A stretch of 64,000 nt of DNA from positions 138,928 to 202,927 of the forward strand of contig DASZEM010000007.1 of the NCBI GenBank assembly GCA_035940855.1, read 5' to 3'. A model generated the notes under the pieces. The model ran no database searches and was not told where the DNA came from. It was given only the letters and a program-made list of their open reading frames with translations. Source of the DNA: Thermoanaerobaculia bacterium (GTDB lineage: Bacteria > Acidobacteriota > Thermoanaerobaculia > Multivoradales > UBA5704). The position numbers and the translations under genes were made by a program. Positions 28,128 to 37,790 of the stretch are shown here, in pieces; within the stretch, counting starts at the first letter, position 1; each line of letters begins with the position of its first letter.

Positions 28128-29086
28128 TCCGCCAGGAACTGATCCCCCTCGCGGCGCCGGACGCTTGGAGAGAGGCGCTGCGGGACGTGCCGCACGAGGT
28201 CTGGCACACGTGGGAGCACTGCGCGGCCCTGGCCTTGACGGTCCCTCACGAGATCTTCCTGTACCGCTACGAGGCGGGTCCCGTCCGGGTCGTGGCCCCG
28301 CTCCTGGAGCGGCGGCTCGGCCCTCACGTGGACATCGCGACCCTGCCGGGTTTCGCGGGCTTCGTGGCCACGTCGGGCGATCCGGACTTCCCCCGCCATT
28401 GGGAGGGCTTCGCCCGGGACAGGGGCTATGTCTGCGGCTATCTCGGGCTCCATCCGTTCCTGGGCGATCCCCTGGATTTCGATCCCCTGGAGGGATCGAA
28501 CAGCGTCTACGTGCTCGACCTGCGGCGGGGGCCGGACGCGCTCTTCGCCGCCCTGGACCGCAACCGCAGGCGGCAACTGAAGGACTGGGAGCAGACCTCC
28601 GCCGGGCTCCTGCGCGACCGCGACGAGCTGACGGGCTTCCTGGTCCGCGAGTATCCGGCGTTCCTGGAGCGGATCGGTGCCTCCTCGGCATACCGGCGCT
28701 CCCCCGAGACCCTGGAGCGCCTGTGCAATCTCGAGAACGTCCTGCTGGTGGGGGCGGGGGAGGGCGGGGAGGTGGAGGCCGTCCACGTCTTCGCCTGGAC
28801 GCCCCACGCCGGCACCAGCCTGTTCAGCGTCTCCCGGCCGGAGGGGCGGCGGTACACGACGACGCTGCTCTGGCAGGGCGTTCAGGAGCTTGTCGCCCGC
28901 GGCGTGCCCCTGCTGAACCTCGGCGGGGGCGTCCGCGAGGACGACGGGGTCGCGCGGGCCAAGCAGCGGTTCGGAGCGGCGCGGCTGCCGCTGCGCTGCT
29001 CGAAACAGGTCTACCAGCCGGAGGTCTACACGGAGCTGTGCCGGGGCCATGCCGCGAACGGTTATTTCCCGGCCTACTGGTCCTAG
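28124..29086 (+). CDS. FemAB-family / BioF2-like GNAT-fold transferase (paralog of 27213..28127)
   Basis: GVARAKQRFGAARL motif and a shared C-terminal …YFPAYW tail with the upstream gene. 320 aa. Confidence 0.55.
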   Translation: MIRQELIPLAAPDAWREALRDVPHEVWHTWEHCAALALTVPHEIFLYRYEAGPVRVVAPLLERRLGPHVDIATLPGFAGFVATSGDPDFPRHWEGFARDRGYVCGYLGLHPFLGDPLDFDPLEGSNSVYVLDLRRGPDALFAALDRNRRRQLKDWEQTSAGLLRDRDELTGFLVREYPAFLERIGASSAYRRSPETLERLCNLENVLLVGAGEGGEVEAVHVFAWTPHAGTSLFSVSRPEGRRYTTTLLWQGVQELVARGVPLLNLGGGVREDDGVARAKQRFGAARLPLRCSKQVYQPEVYTELCRGHAANGYFPAYWS

Positions 29087-29098
29087 GAGAGGAGGAGG

Positions 29099-29800
29099 AT
29101 GTTCACCCGGTCCGCCCGCTACTACGACGCCCTCTACGGGTTCAAGGATTACGAGGCCGCGTCGCGCAAGCTCCACGCGCTGATCCAGAGCCGCAACCCC
29201 GCCGCCGAGACCCTCCTGGACCTCGCCTGCGGCACCGGCAGGCACCTGGAGCATCTGGGCGCGCACTACCGGGTGGAGGGGCTCGACCTCAACCCCGAGC
29301 TGCTGGAAACGGCGCGGCGGCGCTGTCCTGGAGTGCCGTTCCACCAAGGGGACATGACGGACTTCTCCCTCGGCCGCCGCTTCGACGCCGTCACCTGCCT
29401 GTTCAGCTCGGTCGCCTACGTCCGGACGGTGGAGAGCCTGCGCCGCACCGTCGCCAACATGGCCCGGCACCTGCGGCCCGGCGGCGTAGTGGTGCTGGAA
29501 CCCTGGTTCGGCCCGGACCGCTATTGGACGGGCACCATCACGGCCAACTCCGTGGACGAGCCCAACCTGAAGATCGCCTGGATGTATACCAGCGAGCGGG
29601 AGGGAGACCTGTCGGTCCTGGACATCCACTATCTGGTCGGCACGCCGGAAGGGATCGAGCACTTCACCGAGCGCCACGAGCTGGGCCTGTTCACGGACGA
29701 AGAGTACCTGGCGGCCTTCCGGGACGCGGGGCTCGATGTGACCCACGACCCCGAAGGCCTGTTCGGGCGCGGACTGTTCCTGGGGGTTCAGCCATCATGA
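29099..29800 (+). CDS. TylM1/DesVI-like NDP-amino-sugar N,N-dimethyltransferase (class I SAM-MTase)
   Basis: Colinear match to TylM1. [66 protein letters not shown]…GRGLFLG. Confidence 0.75.
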   Translation: MFTRSARYYDALYGFKDYEAASRKLHALIQSRNPAAETLLDLACGTGRHLEHLGAHYRVEGLDLNPELLETARRRCPGVPFHQGDMTDFSLGRRFDAVTCLFSSVAYVRTVESLRRTVANMARHLRPGGVVVLEPWFGPDRYWTGTITANSVDEPNLKIAWMYTSEREGDLSVLDIHYLVGTPEGIEHFTERHELGLFTDEEYLAAFRDAGLDVTHDPEGLFGRGLFLGVQPS

Positions 29801-31023
29801 AGGCGCGCGTGCAGGACCTGGCCGTGTTCGGAGGGCCGCGGGCCTTCGAGGAGTCCCTGCCCGTGGGCCGGCCCAACATCGGCGACCGCGGCCGGCTGTT
29901 CGCCCGGCTCAACGACCTGCTCGACCGGCGCTGGCTGACCAACCGGGGTCCCTACGTCCAGGAGCTGGAGGAACGGATCGCGGCCCTGGCGGGCGTGCGG
30001 CACTGCATCGCGACCTGCAACGGCACGGTGGCGCTGGAGATCGCCGTCCGTGCCCTGGGTATGACCGGCGAGGTGATCGTGCCTTCCTTCACGTTCATCG
30101 CCACGGCGCACGCCCTGCAATGGCAGGAGATCACACCCGTCTTCTGCGACGTCGATCCTCGCACCCACAACCTCGACCCCCGGCACGTGGAGGCCCTCAT
30201 CACCCCGCGCACCACCGGCATCATCGGCGTCCACCTCTGGGGACGGCCGTGCGAGGTGGAGGCCCTGGAGGAGATCGCCCTCCGTCGTGAGCTCCGGCTC
30301 CTGTTCGACGCCGCGCACGCCTTCGGCTGCACCCGGGCGGGCCGCCCGGCCGGCTCCTTCGGCAACGCCGAGGTCTTCAGCTTCCACGCCACCAAGTTCC
30401 TCAACGCCTTCGAGGGCGGAGCGGTGGTCACCGGCGACGATGATCTCGCGGCGCGCATCCGGCTGATGAAGAACTTCGGCTTCGCCGACTACGACGAGGT
30501 GGTCTACGTCGGCACCAACGGCAAGATGGACGAGGCGTCCGCCGCCATGGCCCTGACCTCGCTCGAAAGCATGGAGGAGTTCATCGCGGCCAACCGGCGC
30601 AACTACCGGCGGTACCGCCAGGGGCTGGCGGGGGTGCCGGGCGTGCGCCTCCTCGAATACGACGAGACGGAGCGGAACAACTACCAGTACATCGTGCTGG
30701 AGGTCGACGAGGCGTCCGCCGGCCTGGGCCGCGACCTGCTCCAGCGGGTCCTCTGGGCCGAGAACGTCCTGGCGCGGCGCTACTTCTACCCCGGCTGCCA
30801 CCGCATGGAGCCCTACCGCTCCTATTTCCCCCACGCCGGCCTGCTGCTGCCGGTGACGGAGCGGCTCGTCCTGCGGGTGCTGACCCTGCCCACCGGCACG
30901 GCCGTCGACGAGGACCAGATCGCGGAGATCTGCGGCGTGATCCGGCTCGCCGTCGCCCATGGGAACGAAATCGCGGCGCGGCTGCGGGAAGCGGTGCCGC
31001 AGGGAGCGGGAGAAACCCGGTGA
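29797..31023 (+). CDS. DegT/DnrJ/EryC1/StrS-family PLP-dependent sugar aminotransferase
   Basis: [19 protein letters not shown] (PLP lysine). ATGA overlap with the upstream MTase. Confidence 0.85.
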   Translation: MKARVQDLAVFGGPRAFEESLPVGRPNIGDRGRLFARLNDLLDRRWLTNRGPYVQELEERIAALAGVRHCIATCNGTVALEIAVRALGMTGEVIVPSFTFIATAHALQWQEITPVFCDVDPRTHNLDPRHVEALITPRTTGIIGVHLWGRPCEVEALEEIALRRELRLLFDAAHAFGCTRAGRPAGSFGNAEVFSFHATKFLNAFEGGAVVTGDDDLAARIRLMKNFGFADYDEVVYVGTNGKMDEASAAMALTSLESMEEFIAANRRNYRRYRQGLAGVPGVRLLEYDETERNNYQYIVLEVDEASAGLGRDLLQRVLWAENVLARRYFYPGCHRMEPYRSYFPHAGLLLPVTERLVLRVLTLPTGTAVDEDQIAEICGVIRLAVAHGNEIAARLREAVPQGAGETR

Positions 31024-31943
31024 AGGTCAGCGTCTCCATCACCGCTTACGCTCACGAGCGCTACATCGCCCAGTCGATCGAGAGCGTGCTCCAGCAGCGG
31101 ACCGCCTTCGACTTCGAGCTGATCGTGGGCGAGGACTGCTCCGGCGACCGCACCCGCGAGATCGTGCTCGACTACCAGCGGCGGTATCCCGAGAGGATCC
31201 GGACCGTGCTGCCGGAGGCGAACCTCGGGGGCGGCGGCAAGCGCCTCTTCGCCGAGACGCTGCGGCTCTGCCGGGGCCAGTACATCGCCATGATGGACGG
31301 CGACGACTACTGGACCTCGCCGGAGAAGCTCCGGATCCAGGCGGACTTCCTGGATGCCCACCCGGAGTGCTCGATGTGCTACCACGACGCGGAGAACGTC
31401 TACGAGGACGGTCTCGACGGTCCGCCGACCACGCGCTCGGCGGGGGCGAAGCCGTTCGCCGGCATGGCGGAGGTCCTCGAGCGCTGCTTCATCCCTGCCT
31501 GCTCGCCGATGTTCCGGCGCGAGGTGGTGGCCGAGCTCCCGCCCTGGTACCACGAGGTGCCGTGGGGGGACTGGCCCCTCTACGTCCTGGCCGCGCAGCG
31601 GGGACTCATCGGCTACCTCGACGCCGTGCTCGGCGCCTACCGCATCCACCGGGGCGGCGTGTGGTCGCGCCTCGCGGAGGCCGAGAAGATGGAGGGGGTG
31701 CTGGCCTTCTACCGGCACGCGGCCCCCCTTCTCGGGCGCCGGTACGCCAGGGCCATCCGCCACCGGTCCGGCCGCTGCAACTACCGTCTCGCCTGGCTCT
31801 ACAGCCAGGAGGGCGAGACCGCCAAAGCGAGGTCCTGCGCATGGAAGGCCATCCGCCAGCTCCCCCTTCGAAGGCATCATCCGTACGGCCACCTGCTCCG
31901 GATGCTCCTCCGGCCGTCATGGCTCCCGGCGAAGGCTTCCTAG
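31020..31943 (+). CDS. GT2-family glycosyltransferase (GT-A)
   Basis: VSVSITAYAHERYIAQSIESVLQQ…ELIVGEDCSGD…MDGDD (DXD). Confidence 0.85.
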   Translation: MKVSVSITAYAHERYIAQSIESVLQQRTAFDFELIVGEDCSGDRTREIVLDYQRRYPERIRTVLPEANLGGGGKRLFAETLRLCRGQYIAMMDGDDYWTSPEKLRIQADFLDAHPECSMCYHDAENVYEDGLDGPPTTRSAGAKPFAGMAEVLERCFIPACSPMFRREVVAELPPWYHEVPWGDWPLYVLAAQRGLIGYLDAVLGAYRIHRGGVWSRLAEAEKMEGVLAFYRHAAPLLGRRYARAIRHRSGRCNYRLAWLYSQEGETAKARSCAWKAIRQLPLRRHHPYGHLLRMLLRPSWLPAKAS

Positions 31944-32959
31944 CCTGGCGGCGCCGCGCCCGCAAGTGGCGGGGCCGCTGGGAGCGCGCGCTCGAGCGCC
32001 ACGTGCGGCCGGCGCTCCTGCCGCCGCGGGTGCGACACGTGGCGGGTCCCCGTGAGGTCCGCTACGGCGAGGACGAGGTGCTCGCCATCTCCATCGTCCG
32101 CAACGGCGCCGTCCACGTGCGCTCCTTCCTGGAGCATCACTTCGGCCTGGGCGTGCGGCACGTCGTGCTCCTGGACAACGGCTCGACCGACGGCACGGTC
32201 GACCTGGCGAGAGGCTACGGGAACGTCACGATCCTGCGCACGGACTGCCCCTACGGCGTCTACGAGAACGTCATGAAGAGGTACCTCGCCCGCCGGTTCT
32301 CGCGCGGCCGCTGGAACCTCTGCGTGGACATCGACGAGCGCTTCGACTACCCGTCTTCGGACGTCCTCCCCCTGCCGTCCTTCCTCGCCTATCTGGACCG
32401 CCGCGGCTTCACGGCGGTCGTGGCCCAGATGCTGGACATGTTCCCGGACGGTCCCATCCTCGAAGCCGGGGGAGGGGCGGCCGGCCTTGAGGAGCGCCAC
32501 CGTTTCTACGACATCTCCTCGGTCGGCCGTCTCGATTACCGCTGGGGGCTCCTGTCGAGCCCGGCGGTCAAGGAGCACCGGGGCGGCATCCGCATCGCCG
32601 CGTTCCAGACCAACAACTGTCTCTCCAAGGCGGCCCTGGTGCGGGTGGACGAGGAGATCGAGCTGTTCGTGGACTGGCACCACGTGGCCAACGCCCGCAT
32701 CGCGGATGTGACCTGCCTGCTGCTGCACTACCCCTTCGTCGAGACCTTCCGCGCCAAGCTGGAGGACGCGGTGAGCGCCCGGCGCTACGGGAAATGGACC
32801 CCGCAGTACGAGCGCTACTGGCGGGCGCTGCGCGAGAATCCCGGCCTCTCCTTCATGGGACCGGCCGCCCGCGAGCTCACCGGCACCCGGGAGCTGGTGG
32901 AACAGGGGTTCCTGGTGGTCTCGGAGGATTTCCAGCGCTGGGTGGCGGAGCATGACTGA
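31919..32959 (+). CDS. GT2-like glycosyltransferase-fold protein
   Basis: VVLLDNGSTDGT nucleotide-binding motif and D-x-D (DIDERFD). The start is uncertain; it overlaps the upstream gene by 25 nt. Confidence 0.55.
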   Translation: MAPGEGFLAWRRRARKWRGRWERALERHVRPALLPPRVRHVAGPREVRYGEDEVLAISIVRNGAVHVRSFLEHHFGLGVRHVVLLDNGSTDGTVDLARGYGNVTILRTDCPYGVYENVMKRYLARRFSRGRWNLCVDIDERFDYPSSDVLPLPSFLAYLDRRGFTAVVAQMLDMFPDGPILEAGGGAAGLEERHRFYDISSVGRLDYRWGLLSSPAVKEHRGGIRIAAFQTNNCLSKAALVRVDEEIELFVDWHHVANARIADVTCLLLHYPFVETFRAKLEDAVSARRYGKWTPQYERYWRALRENPGLSFMGPAARELTGTRELVEQGFLVVSEDFQRWVAEHD

Positions 32960-33845
32960 GCCCCGCATCTCCGTCTGCATCGTCTGCCGCAACGAGGCGG
33001 ACCGGCTCGGCCCCTGCCTGGAGTCCGTGGCCTGGGCGGACGAGATCCTGGTGATGGACCTCGACAGCACCGACGGCTCCGCCGAGCTGGCCATGTCCCA
33101 CGGGGCGCGCGTCCTCCGCCGGGCGCCCGTGCCCATCGTCGAGCTGGTCCGCAACGAGGTGGCTGCGGAGGCGGCGGGGGAGTGGATCCTCGTCCTCGAC
33201 CCGGACGAGCGGATCACCCCCGGCCTCGCCCGGGAGCTGCGTGCCCTCGCCGGGCGGGACGACCTCGACGCCGTGGTCATCCCGCGGATGAACTACGATC
33301 TGGGCTACCCCCCGAGCAACCCCTACGAGCGCTACGAGCCCCAGCTCCGGATGTACCGCCGGTCGCGGGTGGCCTGGCCCACCATCCCCAACAAACTCCC
33401 CCAGGTCCCCGAGGAGCGCCGCCATCAGATCCCCGGGCGGGACGAGCTGGTGATGGTCCACGACCGCAGCCGCAACGTACCCGAGATCCTGGACCGGAGC
33501 CTCCGCTACGCGCCGCTTCAGGCCCAGTCCATGATCGACCGTGGAGAGGTCTTCACGGCCCGTTCCATGCTGGCCTCGCTCGGCAGCCGGGCATACCGCC
33601 AGCTCGTGCTGGGAAAGGCCTGGCGGGACGGCGTACCCGGCCTGCTCCGCGTGGGGATCCTCGTGGGCTTCCACTTCTACGTCTGGACGGCCTTCTGGCA
33701 GCTCTCGGGGGCGCGGCGGACGCCGGAGGACGACCGCTTCGTGCGGCGGCTGGGGCGGTTCGTCGAGGGCGCCCGCCGCGTCTGGCGCGCCGGCACCGCG
33801 CCCTGGCGGTGGGGCAAGCGGCTGCTGCGCGCGGCGAGGCGTTAG
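32952..33845 (+). CDS. GT2-family glycosyltransferase (WaaE/KdtX-like)
   Basis: ISVCIVCRNEADRLGPCLESV-WADEILVMDLDSTDGS. Confidence 0.8.
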   Translation: MTEPRISVCIVCRNEADRLGPCLESVAWADEILVMDLDSTDGSAELAMSHGARVLRRAPVPIVELVRNEVAAEAAGEWILVLDPDERITPGLARELRALAGRDDLDAVVIPRMNYDLGYPPSNPYERYEPQLRMYRRSRVAWPTIPNKLPQVPEERRHQIPGRDELVMVHDRSRNVPEILDRSLRYAPLQAQSMIDRGEVFTARSMLASLGSRAYRQLVLGKAWRDGVPGLLRVGILVGFHFYVWTAFWQLSGARRTPEDDRFVRRLGRFVEGARRVWRAGTAPWRWGKRLLRAARR

Positions 33846-34102
33846 ACGGTCTCGAACCCGAGGTGGCGGATCTCCTCGAGGATTCGGACCCTCTCCCGGT
33901 TCCGGTCGTGCCGGAAGAGCTCGCTCACCTCGATGGAGGGGACGAGCCCCTGCCCCAGGTCGCCGCGCAGATAGAAGCAGTTGAAACCGAAGCGGTTCAC
34001 TCCCACGAGCCGTAGCCGAGCCGGCGGGCGAGCCGGGTCATCGCCTCGGGCGGGCCAGGATCTCGGCCAACCGGTCCATGGCCCTGCGGGCGGTCTTCCG
34101 AA

Positions 34103-36235
34103 TCAAGGCTGTTCTCCGGGCGTCCGGAGCCGCAGGCCATGGAGGAACCCTCTGGCCGTGCCCGCGAGCAGGAGGCCCTCTTCGGCGAGCGCTTCCCGCT
34201 GCCCGCGCCGGAGCGCCGAGGCGGCGAGGCGCATGCGCAGGCCCAGCCACCCTGCCAGGACCCGCAGGGCGTAGAGGTCCCCTTGGCGGAGCCACAGGGC
34301 GCAGCAGGCTCCCATGCCGTGGCCGTACATCGGCCGCCGCGCCCGGCGCTCGGCCCGGGTCTGCCGCTCGTGGAAGACCAGAGACTCCGGCTCGTACCGG
34401 ATGCGCGCCCCGGCCCGCAGCAGCCGGTAGAAGAGGTCCATGTCCACCCCGCCGCGGCCCGGCGAGCCCGGCCCCAGGCGCTCGTCGTTGCCGGCGACGC
34501 GCTCGAACCAGCTCTTGCGGAGGGCGAAGTTGTTGCCGCTGCCCACCTCCCAGGGGACGGTCCGGCCCCGGAAGTCGCGCCGCTCCGGGCGCGTGCGCGA
34601 GGAGACGGGGCAGACCCTCTCGCCCCGCGGCTCCAGGGGGAGCACGCGGCCGGTGACGGCATCGAAGCCGAGGTCCGCGATGAAGGCCCGGGCGATGGCC
34701 GCGAGCCAGTCGCGGTCCGGGATGCAGTCGTCGTCCGTCACGGCCACGATGGACCGGCTCGCCCGCGAGACCGCCTCGTTCTGGGCCGTGCCCAGGCCCC
34801 GCGCCTCCTGCCGGACGTAGACGATGGGGAACGGTCCGCCCTTCCGCTCCTCGACCACGGCCCGCGTCCGGTCGTCGCGGCTCTGATCGACCACGACCAC
34901 CTCTGCCGGCAGGAGGGAGCCCGCCGCCAGCGCGTCCAGGCAGCGGGCCAGCTCGTCCGGCCGGTCGAGGGTGGAGATGGCGACGGAGATCCCTGCCTCG
35001 CGCAGGAGGAGGGAGTCGTAGAGGTCCTCATACCTCCGCACAGTCCGCTCCCAGCCCAGGTTCTCCACGGCCCACGCCCGCGCCCGGGTCCCCAGGGCCA
35101 CCCGCCGGTCCCGTTCCTCGAGCAGGCCGGCGATAGCCGCCGCGAAATCCCCGTCCGTCTCCGCCAGCACGGCCTCCTCCCCGTCCCGCGCGCCGATCCC
35201 CTCGACGGCCAGCGGGGAGGCCACTACGGCCTTGCCGGCCGCCAGGGCCTCCAGGATCTTGACGCGCATCCCGCCGCCCTTGTGGAGGGGGGCGGCCACC
35301 ACGGCGGCCCGGTTCAGATAGGGACGCAGATCGGGGACGAAGCCGGTGACCTCGATCCCCGGTCCTTCGAGACCCTCCGGCGGCGCTTCGCCCACCAGGG
35401 TCAGGCGGGCGTCGGGCCGGCGCTCGCGGACGCGGGAGAAGATCGAGCGCGCCAGCCGCGTGGCGGCGTCCACGTTCGGCGGATGATGGAAGTTGCCATG
35501 GAAGAGGATCTCCGGCGCCTCGCCCGCGGGATCGAGGGCCGTCTCCGGCAACTCCGTGCCCAGGGGGATGGTGACGATGGGGACGCCGTCCGCGTACGGC
35601 GCCAGGGCCGCCCGGTCCCGGTTCGTGAACACGACCATGGCGTCCGCCAGGGACGCCACCCGCCGCTCGAAGCGCTCCCAGGCCAGGAGGTCGAGCCGGT
35701 CGCGCAGCCGCTCGAGACCCCGCGAGGACCGCCAAAGCTCGCGGGCCGCCCCCACCCCGGGCTCGTACTGGTTGAGCACCCGCCGTGCCGGAAAGCCGTG
35801 GAGACCCTCGAGATACTGGCCCATCACGTGGTACTCGGCCTGCACCACGTCCGGCCGCCAGGTCGGGACGAGCTCCCGCAGGCGCGCCGCGAGCGCTGGC
35901 ACCCGGCTGTGCGTGGCCCAGGTGGGTCGGAAGGAGAAGAGAGCCGCCGCGGCCCGGGCCTGCTTGTGGAGGCGGCGCCTCAGGCCCACGGCCCGGTTGC
36001 GGCCGAAGCGGGGAAACTCCTCGACGAGATCGAGCCGGGCCCGCAGCGCCTCGTCGATCCCCGGCTCGCCGTCGCCCCGCAGGTAGAGGAGGCCTACCCG
36101 GTTCCGCTGCGCGAGACCCGACAGCAGGCCGGCCATGGCCCGGCCGCCGCCGTGGCCCGCGTCGAGCCGCGGCGCGAAAGGGGCCAGGAAGAGGAGCCGT
36201 CGGGTCTCGGCGATGTCATCGCCAGCCGGCGTCAT
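34103..36235 (-). CDS. bifunctional glycosyltransferase: N-terminal GT4 (GT-B) + C-terminal GT2 (GT-A)
   Basis: GT4 E-x7-E region (KGGGMRVKILEALAAGKAVVAS). Then ISVAISTLDRPDELARCLDAL…VVVDQSRDD…TDDD for the GT2 part. Confidence 0.8.
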   Translation of the reverse strand: MTPAGDDIAETRRLLFLAPFAPRLDAGHGGGRAMAGLLSGLAQRNRVGLLYLRGDGEPGIDEALRARLDLVEEFPRFGRNRAVGLRRRLHKQARAAAALFSFRPTWATHSRVPALAARLRELVPTWRPDVVQAEYHVMGQYLEGLHGFPARRVLNQYEPGVGAARELWRSSRGLERLRDRLDLLAWERFERRVASLADAMVVFTNRDRAALAPYADGVPIVTIPLGTELPETALDPAGEAPEILFHGNFHHPPNVDAATRLARSIFSRVRERRPDARLTLVGEAPPEGLEGPGIEVTGFVPDLRPYLNRAAVVAAPLHKGGGMRVKILEALAAGKAVVASPLAVEGIGARDGEEAVLAETDGDFAAAIAGLLEERDRRVALGTRARAWAVENLGWERTVRRYEDLYDSLLLREAGISVAISTLDRPDELARCLDALAAGSLLPAEVVVVDQSRDDRTRAVVEERKGGPFPIVYVRQEARGLGTAQNEAVSRASRSIVAVTDDDCIPDRDWLAAIARAFIADLGFDAVTGRVLPLEPRGERVCPVSSRTRPERRDFRGRTVPWEVGSGNNFALRKSWFERVAGNDERLGPGSPGRGGVDMDLFYRLLRAGARIRYEPESLVFHERQTRAERRARRPMYGHGMGACCALWLRQGDLYALRVLAGWLGLRMRLAASALRRGQREALAEEGLLLAGTARGFLHGLRLRTPGEQP

Positions 36236-37790
36236 TCCAGGCTCCGAACAGCTCGTCCGCTCGCTGGGCGAGGGTGGCCACGTAGGCGGTCTCGCGCCGT
36301 CCCGATCCGGGGCGCAGGGCCAGCTCCACCCAGGCCGCCACCAGCAGGAGCGGCACGAACCGGCGGTCGATCCGCAGGGTCCGGCAGTACTCCGCCACAG
36401 CCTGGCGCACGGCCTCCCCGGCCTCGCCGCCGCCCCGGGCGGTCCACACCTCGCGCAGGACGCGGAGCCGGGTGCCGTCGTCGAACGCCCGCAGGGCCAG
36501 CTCGCTCCAGTGGGTGGCGAAGTGGAGGAGATCGCAGAGCGCCGGCCCGGGCCGCGCCCCTTCCCAGTCGATCACCCGCAGCCCCCCCTCGCCCCGCAGC
36601 AGGTTCCACGGCGTGAAGTCCCGGTGCTGGCAGACGATGGGGAGCCCCGCCGTTTCCGCCAGCTCGCCGCTCCGCCGCCGGACGGCGGCCGTGAGCCCCG
36701 CGAGGTCCATCCCCTCCACCGATCCCTGAAGCTCGGTGAGAGGCTCTTCGAGCCATTCCTCCGCCTCCCGCTCGTCCCACTCCACGCGGCGGACCTCCGT
36801 CCGCCCATGGAAACGGGCCAGCCAGTCCGCGGCCTCGCGCAGATCCTCGATTTTCTTGCCCAGAGGCTCACCCCAGCTCCCGGCCCTTTGCGCCAGGGGA
36901 CGGCCGGCGGCGTAGCCCTCGAGGGCCAGGGAGAGGCGGCCGGCCCGGTAGAGGCCCCGGGGCGTGGGCAGGGCATCGCGGTTTCCCGGCTCCAGACGCC
37001 CCCGCAGGTGGGCCAGCAAGGCCTGCTCCTGCTCCGTCTTCTCCTTGAGCGCCGGCAGCCGGGGTACCTTGAGCACCGCCTCGGGCGAGGAGCCGCCGGG
37101 CGCGAAGGGGAGCGCCACCACGCGGTCCGGGCCGTGGGCCAGGAGCAGGGGACGGAGCCCCCGCATCGAGGAGGGGAGTGCGGGGTGATCGAGGATCGTG
37201 GCCCGCCCCTTCGGATCCTCCGTCCCGGCCACGACCGTCAGGGCATAGCGCCAGGGGAGCGCGGCCTCGCCCAGCAGGCGCAGGCCCACCCGGCGCAGCG
37301 TCTTCCCCAATGTCCAGTCCGCGAGGAGGGTCTCGGTGTACCAGCGCAGGGCCCCCGGCGGATCGAGGGGGACGTACGCCTCCGGCCGCTCGAACCCGGG
37401 CAGCACGGCATAGAGGCCCGTCGTCCGCAGGCGGTCCCCCCGGGGCATCTGCCGCCGCGACGCGAGCTCGAACCAGCCGCAGCCACCGGGGGCCAGGCAG
37501 CGCCCTTCCTCTTCCGGGTCCACGCTCGCGGTGTCGTCGCCGTGAAAGACGAACAGGGCGTCCGCCGATCCCTCGGGCTGAATTCCCGTGCTCACGCGGC
37601 GGGCGAGGCCGGCCCCGGCGGCCGCCTCGGCGAGACGGGGAGGGCCCCCCAGGATCACGAGGTGATCGAAGACGCCGCCGGGCGGTGGAGGGAGGAGGAA
37701 GCGGGGGTCCAGGCGCCGGAGGCCCTCGCCTCCCCGGCCCTCGTCTCCCCACGCGAGAACGGCACTCTCTCGAGAGGGACGAGCGTTCAC
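36216..37790 (-). CDS. aminoglycoside-phosphotransferase-like (APH/choline-kinase fold) kinase
   Basis: Brenner motif HRDFTPWNLL and a downstream D-W-E metal-binding region. Start assigned to a GTG overlapping the upstream stop (GTGA); a later ATG is also possible. Confidence 0.55.
   Translation of the reverse strand: MNARPSRESAVLAWGDEGRGGEGLRRLDPRFLLPPPPGGVFDHLVILGGPPRLAEAAAGAGLARRVSTGIQPEGSADALFVFHGDDTASVDPEEEGRCLAPGGCGWFELASRRQMPRGDRLRTTGLYAVLPGFERPEAYVPLDPPGALRWYTETLLADWTLGKTLRRVGLRLLGEAALPWRYALTVVAGTEDPKGRATILDHPALPSSMRGLRPLLLAHGPDRVVALPFAPGGSSPEAVLKVPRLPALKEKTEQEQALLAHLRGRLEPGNRDALPTPRGLYRAGRLSLALEGYAAGRPLAQRAGSWGEPLGKKIEDLREAADWLARFHGRTEVRRVEWDEREAEEWLEEPLTELQGSVEGMDLAGLTAAVRRRSGELAETAGLPIVCQHRDFTPWNLLRGEGGLRVIDWEGARPGPALCDLLHFATHWSELALRAFDDGTRLRVLREVWTARGGGEAGEAVRQAVAEYCRTLRIDRRFVPLLLVAAWVELALRPGSGRRETAYVATLAQRADELFGAWNDAGWR

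Noticed and set aside
27868-31023. 1051-aa ORF spanning the FemAB-like genes, MTase and aminotransferase
   Set aside because: Only the last 408 codons (29797..31023) are the DegT aminotransferase. The remainder is a P/R/G-rich off-frame read across three real genes.
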